Source: Cupriavidus necator (GTDB lineage Bacteria > Pseudomonadota > Gammaproteobacteria > Burkholderiales > Burkholderiaceae). Taken from it: a stretch of DNA of 32,000 nt. The notes beneath the pieces are model-generated. The model did not search any database. It had not been told where the DNA came from and saw only the letters and a list, made by a program, of their open reading frames with translations. The stretch is taken from the NCBI RefSeq assembly GCF_016127575.1, contig NZ_CP066018.1:1290001-1322000 (forward strand), read 5' to 3'. Both the position numbers and the translations under genes were made by a program. Shown here one piece after another: positions 16,780 to 24,111 of this stretch. How positions within the stretch are numbered: the first letter of the stretch is position 1; the number at the start of each line of letters is the position of its first letter.

Positions 16780-16866
16780 CGGGCCGCGTCCGCCTTGTCG
16801 TGCCGTCGCCACGGCCTACCATTGAGAATCGTCCGGCTGTTGCCGCCCCGGCCTTTCTGGTAAATT

Positions 16867-16886
16867 CGCAACCTTGTTGCAACAAC
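16867..16886 (+). promoter_or_regulatory. Candidate Zur operator, copy 2
   Basis: The sequence is cGCAACcttgTTGCAaCAAC (dyad GCAAC-N3-GTTGC). It lies immediately downstream of an extended -10-like TGgTAAATT (16858-16866) and 51 nt upstream of the COG0523 ATG. Confidence 0.45.
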
Positions 16887-16937
16887 GCGCCCCTCGCCTG
16901 GGCTGCGTAGTCCCTCGTCACTTCCATCTCTCCTGCC

Positions 16938-18206
16938 ATGGCTGATCGCCTGCCCGTCACCGTGCTGTCCGGCTTCCCCGGCGCCGGCAAAACCACGCTG
17001 CTGAACCACCTGCTTGCGCACAGCGCGGGCCGGCGCCTGGCCGTGCTGGTCTGCGGGCCGCAGCATGGGCAGGCGCTGGCGCCGCTGCCGCCCGGTTGCG
17101 AGGCCACGCTGCTGCCCGTGGGCGACGCCCTGCTCGGCGAAGCCGCCCGGCTTGCCGCCGAGGGCCGCTTTGACTCGCTGCTGATCGAAGCCGACGGCCT
17201 GGACGAGCCGCTCGCGATTGCCGAAGGCTTCCTGTTCGAGGCCGAGCATGGCGCCGGGCCCGACGCGGCGGTGCAACCCGACACGCTGGTGACGGTGATC
17301 GATGCCGCCACCTTCCTGCGCGACCTCAACGAGGCCGAGTTCCTGGCCGACCGCGGGCTGGCGCCGGCCACGGACGATGACCGGACCGTGGCTGAAGTGC
17401 TGGTGGCGCAGGTCGAATGCAGCGACGTGATCGTGCTGAACAAGGCCGACCTCGCCAGCGCGGCCGAACTGGCGCGGCTGCACGCCGTGCTGCAGGCGCT
17501 GAACCCGCGTGCCGATATCGTCGAAGCCAGCTTCGGCAAGGTCGCGCCCGAGCGCGTGCAAGGCACCGGCCGCTTCGACTTCGAAGCCGCCGCGGACGCA
17601 CCGGGCTGGCTCGCCGCGCTGCGCGGCGAGTTGCCGGCTGCCGACGCCAGCGGCGTCTCCACGCTGGTCTACCGCCGCCGCCGCCCGTTCCACCCGCAGC
17701 GCTTCGCCGACCTGATCCATACCGAATGGCTGCGCGAGCACGGCAGCGTGCTGCGTTCCAGGGGCCTGTTCTGGCTGGCCAGCCGCATGGACACCGCGGG
17801 CGACTGGAACCAGTCCGGCGGCGTCTGCCGCCATGGCGGCGCCGGCGCCTGGTGGGCCGCGCTGGATCCGGCCGAATGGCCGGCCGACAGCGCCGAACGC
17901 GCCGAAGTCGAAGCCGACATGCAGGTCGACGGTGCCCCGGCAGCCTTCGGCGACCGCCGCCAGGAACTGGTGCTGACCGGCCTGGACCTGGACCATGCGG
18001 CGCTGCAGGCCCGGCTCGACGCCTGCCTGCTGACCGATGCCGAGATGGCCGCGGGCGCGGAAGCCTGGGCGGGCTATGCGGATCCCTTCCCCGCCTGGGT
18101 CGACGACTTTGACGACGACCACGATCATGACCATGGCGATGATTGCGGCTGCGGCGATCCCGACCACCACCACGGCAACCACGCCGGCCATCCGCATGCG
18201 CACTGA
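16938..18206 (+). CDS. COG0523-family GTPase paralogue with degenerate metal-binding and switch region and a C-terminal His/Asp-rich tail
   Basis: Walker A (GFPGAGKTTLL), IEADG, LNKADL and a CobW_C-like domain (VYRRRRPFHPQRF...RSRGLFWLASR...GDRRQELVLTG) are present. No CxCC motif exists; the equivalent stretch reads PPGCEATLLPVG. The ENEFGE stretch is replaced by VCGPQHG. The tail is DDDHDHDHGDDCGCGDPDHHHGNHAGHPHAH. Confidence 0.8.
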   Translation: MADRLPVTVLSGFPGAGKTTLLNHLLAHSAGRRLAVLVCGPQHGQALAPLPPGCEATLLPVGDALLGEAARLAAEGRFDSLLIEADGLDEPLAIAEGFLFEAEHGAGPDAAVQPDTLVTVIDAATFLRDLNEAEFLADRGLAPATDDDRTVAEVLVAQVECSDVIVLNKADLASAAELARLHAVLQALNPRADIVEASFGKVAPERVQGTGRFDFEAAADAPGWLAALRGELPAADASGVSTLVYRRRRPFHPQRFADLIHTEWLREHGSVLRSRGLFWLASRMDTAGDWNQSGGVCRHGGAGAWWAALDPAEWPADSAERAEVEADMQVDGAPAAFGDRRQELVLTGLDLDHAALQARLDACLLTDAEMAAGAEAWAGYADPFPAWVDDFDDDHDHDHGDDCGCGDPDHHHGNHAGHPHAH

Positions 18207-18597
18207 CTGGTTCGCCCGCCTGCGCGCGCATGGCCCGGGCCTCTGGTCCGCGCTGTGGCTGACGCTATGCCTGCTGCTGGCGCAGCACGCCGGGCTGACC
18301 CACCGCATCGTGCATGGCAGCCTGCTTGCGCCGTCGGCCTCCGTGACAACGGCCGACGCCGCCTCGGCCAACGACCCCGAGCCGCACCCGCTGGCGCAGA
18401 AATTCAGCGGCCACTCGTGCGTGCTGTTCGATGGCGCCACGGTTGCCGACACCCTGTGCGGCAAGCTGCCGCTGCCGCAGCTTGCCTTTGGCAAACCGGT
18501 CAAGCCGGCCAACCTGGCCTGGCGCTGGCCCGACCTGCCCGCCACCCACCCCTTCCAATCGCGCGCGCCGCCGGCGCCTGCCATCGCCCTCGCCTGA
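18196..18597 (+). CDS. Hypothetical small membrane-anchored protein (133 aa), possibly DUF2946-like
   Basis: The ATG overlaps the upstream stop codon (ATGCGCACTGA). GC3 is high. It has one N-terminal TM helix (GLWSALWLTLCLLLAQHAGL), then His and Cys residues (HRIVHG, GHSCVLFDGATVADTLC). The family call is only a guess. Confidence 0.5.
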   Translation: MRTDWFARLRAHGPGLWSALWLTLCLLLAQHAGLTHRIVHGSLLAPSASVTTADAASANDPEPHPLAQKFSGHSCVLFDGATVADTLCGKLPLPQLAFGKPVKPANLAWRWPDLPATHPFQSRAPPAPAIALA

Positions 18598-18756
18598 TCC
18601 GGGAAGCGGCCCTCGCCGCGCACCCGGCCTGACCAATTCCGAGCTGAACGCCTGCCTATTCCGGCTGCGCGGCCACGCCCATCGCGGGCGGCCGGCGCAG
18701 TGCCGGGCAGCTGCCGTGCCAGCCGGGCCGATTGCCATTGCCTCACTCCGCGCGCC

Positions 18757-20952
18757 ATGTCGAAGAATCGTTACACCGCACCAACCAGCGCACCGCGCCT
18801 GACCCCGCTGGCGGCCCTTGCCGCGTCCCTCACCGCCACCATGGCGACCGCCTTCGTCGCGCCCGCCGCGCTGGCACAGGCCACGGCACCTGCCGCCGAC
18901 AGCGCACCCGCCACGGCCACGGCCACCGCCACCGCCACCGCGCCAGCCGGCGCCATGCTGCGCGAAGTCGTGGTCACCGCCAATCCGCTCGGCAGCGACC
19001 TCAACGACATGGTGGCACCGGTATCGACGCTCGGCGGCGACGCCCTGGCCGTACGCCAGGGCAGCACGCTGGGCGACACGCTCGACAAGCTGCCCGGGGT
19101 CTCGTCCAGCTACTTCGGCCCCAATGCCAGCCGGCCGGTGATCCGCGGCCTGGACGGCGACCGCATCAAGGTGCTGCAGAACGGCGGCACCACCGTCGAC
19201 GCCTCCACGCTGTCCTACGACCACGCAGTGCCGGTGGACCCGCTCGTGGCCGAGCGCATCGAGGTCGTGCGCGGCCCGGCAGCGCTGATGTACGGCGGCA
19301 ACGCCATCGGCGGCGTGGTCAACGTGATCGACAACCGGATTCCGAAGGAGCCGATCGAAGGCATCGGCGGCGCGGTCGATGCCAGCGCCACCGCGGGCGG
19401 CGACCAGGCGCGCAACGCCAGCGCGCTGATCGAGGCCGGCAACGGCAAGTTCGCCGTCCACGCCGACGCCTTTGCGCGCAAGACCAGCGACCTGCGCATC
19501 CCCGGCTACGCCCGCAGCGACCGCCTGCGCAGCGCCGATCCTCTGCCGGAAGGCGAGACCGAAGCCTATGGCCGCCTGCCCAACACCAGCGCGCAGCAGG
19601 AAGGCGGCGCGATGGGCGGCTCCTACACCTGGGCCGATGGCTTCGTCGGCGCCAACTACAGCGCCTACCGCAATGAGTACGGCACGCCCGCCGAGGACGA
19701 CGTGCGGCTGAAAATGCGGCAGGACCGCTTTGCGCTGGAAGGCGAGGCACGCAACCTGGCCGGCAACACCGCCGGCTGGCTCGAATCGGTCAAGGGCAAG
19801 TTCGGCTACACCGACTACGAACACAAGGAGATCGAGGGCGGCGAGACCGGCACGATCTTCAAGAACCGCGGCTGGGATGCGCGCCTGGAGGCCAGGCACG
19901 CGAAGATCGGCAACATGACGGGCGTGATCGGCACACAGTTCGGCCATACCGACTTCTCCGCGTTGGGCGAAGAGGCATTCGTGCCGAGCACCAATACGGA
20001 TAACGCGGCGCTGTTCGTGTTCGAGGAACTGCCGCTGACCGCTTCCGGCGACCTCAAGCTGAACCTGGGCGGGCGCCTGGACCACAGCAGCATCAAGGCC
20101 AGCGCCAACGGCAACGACCGCTTTACCGATGCCAGCCGCAGCTTCAACGCCACCAGCGCGTCGGCCGGCCTGCTCTACAAGGTCAACCCGCTGTGGTCGC
20201 TGACCAGCAACCTGTCGTACACCGAGCGCGCGCCGACCTTCTACGAGCTGTATGCCAACGGCCCCCACGTGGCCACCGGCGCGTGGGAGCTGGGCGATCC
20301 CAATGCCAACAAGGAACGGGCCACCTCTATCGACCTGGGCGTGCGCTTCAAGTCCGGCGCGCACAGCGCCGCCGTGTCGGGCTACTACAGCCGCTTCGCC
20401 AACTACCTCGCGCTGAACGCCACCGGCCGCACGCGTGACGAGGCGGGCGATGTGGTCGCCGCCGGCAGCCCGGACGCGCTGCCGGAGTTCCAGTACCTGG
20501 GTGTGCCGGCCACGCTGTACGGCTTCGAGGTGGAAGGCAAGACGCGCTTGCTGCAGAAAATGCTGACCACCAGCGACACGCTGGACTTCGAGGCCCGCGC
20601 CGACTACGTGCGCGGCGAGAACCGCGATACCGGCGAACCGCTGCCGCGCCTGGCACCGCTGCGCCTGGGCGGTGCACTGGTGTATGGCGCGGGCCCGTGG
20701 GGCGCGCGCGTCGACGTGACCTACGCCGCAAAGCAGACCCGCGTGCCGACCAACGACACGCCGACCGATGCCTATACGCTGCTGAGCCTGGCGCTGACCT
20801 ACAAGTTCAAGGTGTCGGGCACGCAGACGCTGGTGTACCTGCGCGGCGACAACCTGACCAACCAGGATGCGCGCAACTCGGCTTCGATCCTGCGTGATAT
20901 CGCACCGCTGGCCGGGCGCAGTGTGAAGGTGGGGTTCAGGACGTCGTTCTGA
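18757..20952 (+). CDS. TonB-dependent outer-membrane receptor (ZnuD-like by context)
   Basis: A signal peptide ends PAALAQA, followed by an (Ala-Thr)5 linker and a TonB-box-like REVVVTANP. The plug contains RPVIRGLDGDRIKVLQNG and VVRGPAALMYG. The barrel ends GFRTSF with a terminal Phe. The ATG at 18757 is preferred over 18700. Confidence 0.9.
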   Translation: MSKNRYTAPTSAPRLTPLAALAASLTATMATAFVAPAALAQATAPAADSAPATATATATATAPAGAMLREVVVTANPLGSDLNDMVAPVSTLGGDALAVRQGSTLGDTLDKLPGVSSSYFGPNASRPVIRGLDGDRIKVLQNGGTTVDASTLSYDHAVPVDPLVAERIEVVRGPAALMYGGNAIGGVVNVIDNRIPKEPIEGIGGAVDASATAGGDQARNASALIEAGNGKFAVHADAFARKTSDLRIPGYARSDRLRSADPLPEGETEAYGRLPNTSAQQEGGAMGGSYTWADGFVGANYSAYRNEYGTPAEDDVRLKMRQDRFALEGEARNLAGNTAGWLESVKGKFGYTDYEHKEIEGGETGTIFKNRGWDARLEARHAKIGNMTGVIGTQFGHTDFSALGEEAFVPSTNTDNAALFVFEELPLTASGDLKLNLGGRLDHSSIKASANGNDRFTDASRSFNATSASAGLLYKVNPLWSLTSNLSYTERAPTFYELYANGPHVATGAWELGDPNANKERATSIDLGVRFKSGAHSAAVSGYYSRFANYLALNATGRTRDEAGDVVAAGSPDALPEFQYLGVPATLYGFEVEGKTRLLQKMLTTSDTLDFEARADYVRGENRDTGEPLPRLAPLRLGGALVYGAGPWGARVDVTYAAKQTRVPTNDTPTDAYTLLSLALTYKFKVSGTQTLVYLRGDNLTNQDARNSASILRDIAPLAGRSVKVGFRTSF

Positions 20953-20968
20953 GGATGCAGGCAGGCGT

Positions 20969-20990
20969 GGTGAATCAATCCCGATTCACC
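20969..20990. terminator. Hairpin at the convergent junction of the receptor and MBL genes
   Basis: The perfect stem ggtgaatc-aatccc-gattcacc overlaps the last codons of the minus-strand gene. There is no clear U-run. Confidence 0.3.
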
Positions 20991-21868
20991 ACCCACTCCC
21001 CCTCCACCGCCAGCGCCTTCACTCCCGCCAGCGCGCGCACCGTCTGCGCGCAGACCTCGGCCATCTCCAGCCCCGGCATGAAGCGCTGGCGGATGCGCAC
21101 CATCAGCGGCGCGGCCTCCATCCATGCCACCAGCGCGTCCTGGGCCATGCGCTGCTGCTCCAGCAGCTTGAACTTCACCAGCACCTTGACCGCATGGCTG
21201 GCATTGCGCGCCGGGTCGGCGCTCAGGTAGGCCAGGCGCCCCTGGGCGCGTTCGACCGCCGCCGCCACATCGGTAAACATCCGGCCATGGCCCGGGATCA
21301 CCGACCGCGCGTCGAGCTGCGCGATGCGCTCCAGCACCGCCGCCTGCTCGGCGAAGCCGCTCTCGCCATCCAGCTCGGGGAAGATCACGCCGAAGCCGTT
21401 CTCCCACAGCGCATCGCCGGAAACCAGGATGCGCCCGGCCGGCGCGAACAGCATCACCGCGTGCGGGTCATGGCCGGGAGCGGCCACGACTTGCCAGTCG
21501 ATGCCACCCAGGCGCAGCGTGTCGCCGTCGTTCAGCACGCTGTCGAAGGTGAAGCGGTCGCACTGCTGGCCGGTGGCGTTGTAGCTGAGCGCTTCCGTAT
21601 CCCACGCGGCAACGGCAGCGGCCTCGGCCGCGGGGATCGCGGTGCGCGGCTGCCAGCGCGCCTGCAGCGCGGCATTGCCGCCGCAGTGGTCGGAGTGCAG
21701 ATGGGTATTGATCACGCGTGCGAGCGGCCGGCCCTGCAAGGCGGCCGCCACCAGCGCCACCGTCTGCGGCGCGTGGGTGACGTAGCCGGTATCGACCAGC
21801 ACCGTATCGTCGCCGTCCACGAACAGGATATTGTTAGCCGACAGCCAGCCGCGCTCGAACACGCGCAT
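20975..21868 (-). CDS. MBL-fold metallo-hydrolase
   Basis: The HxHxDH motif is present (NTHLHSDHCGG), with later His/Asp ligands (APGHDPH, PGHGRMF). The start at MRVFERGWLSANNILFV was chosen because the longer track ORF overlaps the DUF1289 gene. Confidence 0.75.
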   Translation of the reverse strand: MRVFERGWLSANNILFVDGDDTVLVDTGYVTHAPQTVALVAAALQGRPLARVINTHLHSDHCGGNAALQARWQPRTAIPAAEAAAVAAWDTEALSYNATGQQCDRFTFDSVLNDGDTLRLGGIDWQVVAAPGHDPHAVMLFAPAGRILVSGDALWENGFGVIFPELDGESGFAEQAAVLERIAQLDARSVIPGHGRMFTDVAAAVERAQGRLAYLSADPARNASHAVKVLVKFKLLEQQRMAQDALVAWMEAAPLMVRIRQRFMPGLEMAEVCAQTVRALAGVKALAVEGEWVVNRD

Positions 21869-21900
21869 GGATGGCGGCAACTGCGGAACCGGGCTTGCGC

Positions 21901-22161
21901 TCAAGGGGATGCCTCCTCGCCTGCCAGCCATGCTGCGCGCTGCGGCAGTTGCGCCCACACGTGGCGCTTGTCTTCGTCGCTGGCCGAGGACCAGCCGGCG
22001 ATTTCGTCGATCGTGCGCAGGCAACCTGCGCAGTAGCCGCTGAACGGGTCCATGTGGCAAATGTTGCGGCATGGCGAAGGCACAGGCGACGCGCGCAGCG
22101 CGAGGTCGGCTTGCGCCGCCAGTTCAGCCGCGGAGGGGGCGGGCGTGGGCATGGTGGCCAT
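21901..22161 (-). CDS. DUF1289 (YdhL-like) small Cys-containing protein
   Basis: The sequence SPCRNICHMDPFSGYCAGCLRTIDEIAGW matches the DUF1289 signature C-x2-C ... G-x-C-x-GC-x-RT-x2-EI-x2-W. Confidence 0.7.
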   Translation of the reverse strand: MATMPTPAPSAAELAAQADLALRASPVPSPCRNICHMDPFSGYCAGCLRTIDEIAGWSSASDEDKRHVWAQLPQRAAWLAGEEASP

Positions 22162-22171
22162 CGGACAGCGC

Positions 22172-22600
22172 TCAGCCCGCCGCGCGCGCGGCCTTGGCGG
22201 CGACCTTCTCATTGAAGCGGCCGGCGTCGATCAGGTGGCGCTCATGCACGCCCTCGGAGATCTTGTCCTCGCCGTCCCAGGCGCTCAGCTGGAAGCGCAG
22301 GCGGCGCCCGTCCACCGCCACCAGTTCGCCCTTGACCGTCACCGTCATGCCGGGCGGCGTCGGCGCCAGGTGCGAGAAGCTGACCAGCGTGCCGAGCGAC
22401 TGCTCGCGCGGCCAGTCCAGGTGTTCGCGCAGCATCTGCAGGCAGGCACACTCCATGATGCCGACCATATAGCCGGTGGCCAGCACGTCGGGCATCTCGG
22501 GGCAGCCCGGGATATCGTCGTACAGGCGCGGCACGGTGGCCTTGGGCGGCACCGTGTATTGCCAGCTGAAGGTCAGGCCGGGGCGCAGGTCGGGACTCAT
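22172..22600 (-). CDS. Hotdog-fold thioesterase, FlK (fluoroacetyl-CoA thioesterase)-like
   Basis: 142 aa, colinear by eye with Streptomyces cattleya FlK. Matching stretches are VPPKATVPRLY, ATGYMVGIMECAC (Thr and Glu), SFSHLAPTPPGMTVTV (His), VDGRRL and GVHERHLI (Arg). Confidence 0.72.
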   Translation of the reverse strand: MSPDLRPGLTFSWQYTVPPKATVPRLYDDIPGCPEMPDVLATGYMVGIMECACLQMLREHLDWPREQSLGTLVSFSHLAPTPPGMTVTVKGELVAVDGRRLRFQLSAWDGEDKISEGVHERHLIDAGRFNEKVAAKAARAAG

Positions 22601-23097
22601 GCCACTGAGCCTGCCGCGACGTCGGCCACTTCAGCGCCCGTCATCTGCTGCAACTGGTGCGGCGTCAGGTTGAATACCGCATGGGGATGCCCCGCCGCGG
22701 CCCACAAGCTGTCATAGCGGAACAGGTCCTGGTCCAGCAGCATCACCGGCGCCACCGCATGTCCGATCGGGCAGACGCCGCCGATGGCGTAGCCGGTCTT
22801 CTCGCGCACGAAGCGCGCGTCGGCCTTGCCCAGCGCGCCTACGCGCGCGGCCACCTTGGCCTCGTCGACGCGGTTGCTGCCGCTGGCAATCACCAGCACC
22901 GGCGCATCGTCGGCCACGCGCCGGAAGATGATGGACTTGGCGATCTCGGCCACGCTGCAGCCCAGCCCCGCCGCGGCCTCGGCCGAGGTCTTGCCGGTGG
23001 CCGGCAGCATCACCACGGGCCGGTCATGGCCAAGCCCGGCCAGCAGGTCCGCCACGCGCTGCGCGGACTCGGGCAGCGCTTCGTCATTCACCGTCAT
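22597..23097 (-). CDS. YbaK/EbsC-type aminoacyl-tRNA deacylase domain protein
   Basis: The ATG at 23095-23097 has an AAGGAGAA upstream. KSIIFR, VLVIASGSNRVD and GYAIGGVCPIGH are typical of YbaK. There is an ATGA overlap with the thioesterase gene. The 349-aa track ORF is an artefactual extension. Confidence 0.8.
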   Translation of the reverse strand: MTVNDEALPESAQRVADLLAGLGHDRPVVMLPATGKTSAEAAAGLGCSVAEIAKSIIFRRVADDAPVLVIASGSNRVDEAKVAARVGALGKADARFVREKTGYAIGGVCPIGHAVAPVMLLDQDLFRYDSLWAAAGHPHAVFNLTPHQLQQMTGAEVADVAAGSVA

Positions 23098-23138
23098 GCG
23101 TACTTCTCCTTGTTCTGTGGCCCGCGCCTGATCCGCAC

Positions 23139-24074
23139 TTACGCGCAGGCAGGCGCCGCATCGCTGGCGGCGGCCCACTTGGTCAGCAAGGCACGGCCCA
23201 CGCGCGAGCTGTTGGCGCGGCCAATTGCCTGCGAGATATAGTCGCCGGTGCGCACCACCGCTTCCAGGTCGATGCCGGTGTGGATGCCCATGCCGTGCAG
23301 CATGTACAGCACGTCCTCGGTCGCCACGTTGCCGGTCGCGCCCTTTGCGTACGGGCAGCCGCCCAGCCCCGCCACCGACGCATGGAAGATCGAGATACCC
23401 ACTTCCAGGCTGGCCAGGATATTGGACAGCGCCTGCCCGTAGGTATCGTGGAAATGGCCCGACAGGCGGTCCAGCGCAAACTCCGCCGCCGCGGCGCGCA
23501 TCACTTCCTGCACGCGCACGGGAGTGCCCACGCCGATGGTGTCGGCAATGTCGATCTCGTCGCAGCCCAGTTCGCGCATGCGCCGCACCACGTCGACCAC
23601 CGCGTGCACCGGTACTTCGCCCTGGTACGGGCAGCCCAGCGCGCACGAGATGCTGCCGCGCAGGCGCACGCCCTTCTCCTTGGCTGCGGCGGCCACCGGC
23701 GCAAAGCGCGCGATCGACTCGGCGATCGAGCAGTTGATGTTCTTCTGCGAGAACGCCTCGCTGGCGGCGCCGAAGATCACGACCTCGTCGGCACCGGCCT
23801 CGATCGCGCCTTCAAACCCCTTCATGTTCGGCGTCAGCGCCGAAAACAGTGTGCCGGGCCGGCGCTGGATGCGCGCCATCACGTCGGCACCGTCGGCCAT
23901 CTGCGGCACCCACTTGGGCGACACGAACGACGCGGCCTCGATATTGACGAAGCCGGCATCGGTCAGCTGGTTGATCAGCGCGACCTTGACCTCGGTCGGC
24001 ACCATCGCCTTCTCGTTCTGCAAGCCGTCGCGCGGGCCGACTTCAACGATCTTCACGTAGTTCGGCATGGTCAT
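23139..24074 (-). CDS. Hydroxymethylglutaryl-CoA lyase
   Basis: The sequence is MTMPNYVKIVEVGPRDGLQNE ... GHFHDTYGQALSNILASLEVGISIFHASVAGLGGCPYAKGATGNVATEDVLYML. An AGGAG Shine-Dalgarno sequence lies upstream. Confidence 0.9.
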   Translation of the reverse strand: MTMPNYVKIVEVGPRDGLQNEKAMVPTEVKVALINQLTDAGFVNIEAASFVSPKWVPQMADGADVMARIQRRPGTLFSALTPNMKGFEGAIEAGADEVVIFGAASEAFSQKNINCSIAESIARFAPVAAAAKEKGVRLRGSISCALGCPYQGEVPVHAVVDVVRRMRELGCDEIDIADTIGVGTPVRVQEVMRAAAAEFALDRLSGHFHDTYGQALSNILASLEVGISIFHASVAGLGGCPYAKGATGNVATEDVLYMLHGMGIHTGIDLEAVVRTGDYISQAIGRANSSRVGRALLTKWAAASDAAPACA

Positions 24075-24111
24075 GGCAGTCTCCTGTCTTTGATTGGTAT
24101 TGGTCGGGCGC

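Noticed and set aside
18895-18945. Tandem GCC-ACS repeat (Ala-Thr x5) in the receptor gene, considered as a repeat element
   Set aside because: It is an in-frame low-complexity linker between the signal peptide and the TonB box. It is too short and degenerate to be a CRISPR or mobile-element repeat.
12968-22600. Treating the haloacetate dehalogenase and the FlK-like thioesterase as one fluoroacetate-resistance cluster
   Set aside because: They are about 8 kb apart and on the same strand, but separated by the entire oppositely oriented zinc island. They belong to different transcription units, so the co-occurrence is noted only as a weak hint.
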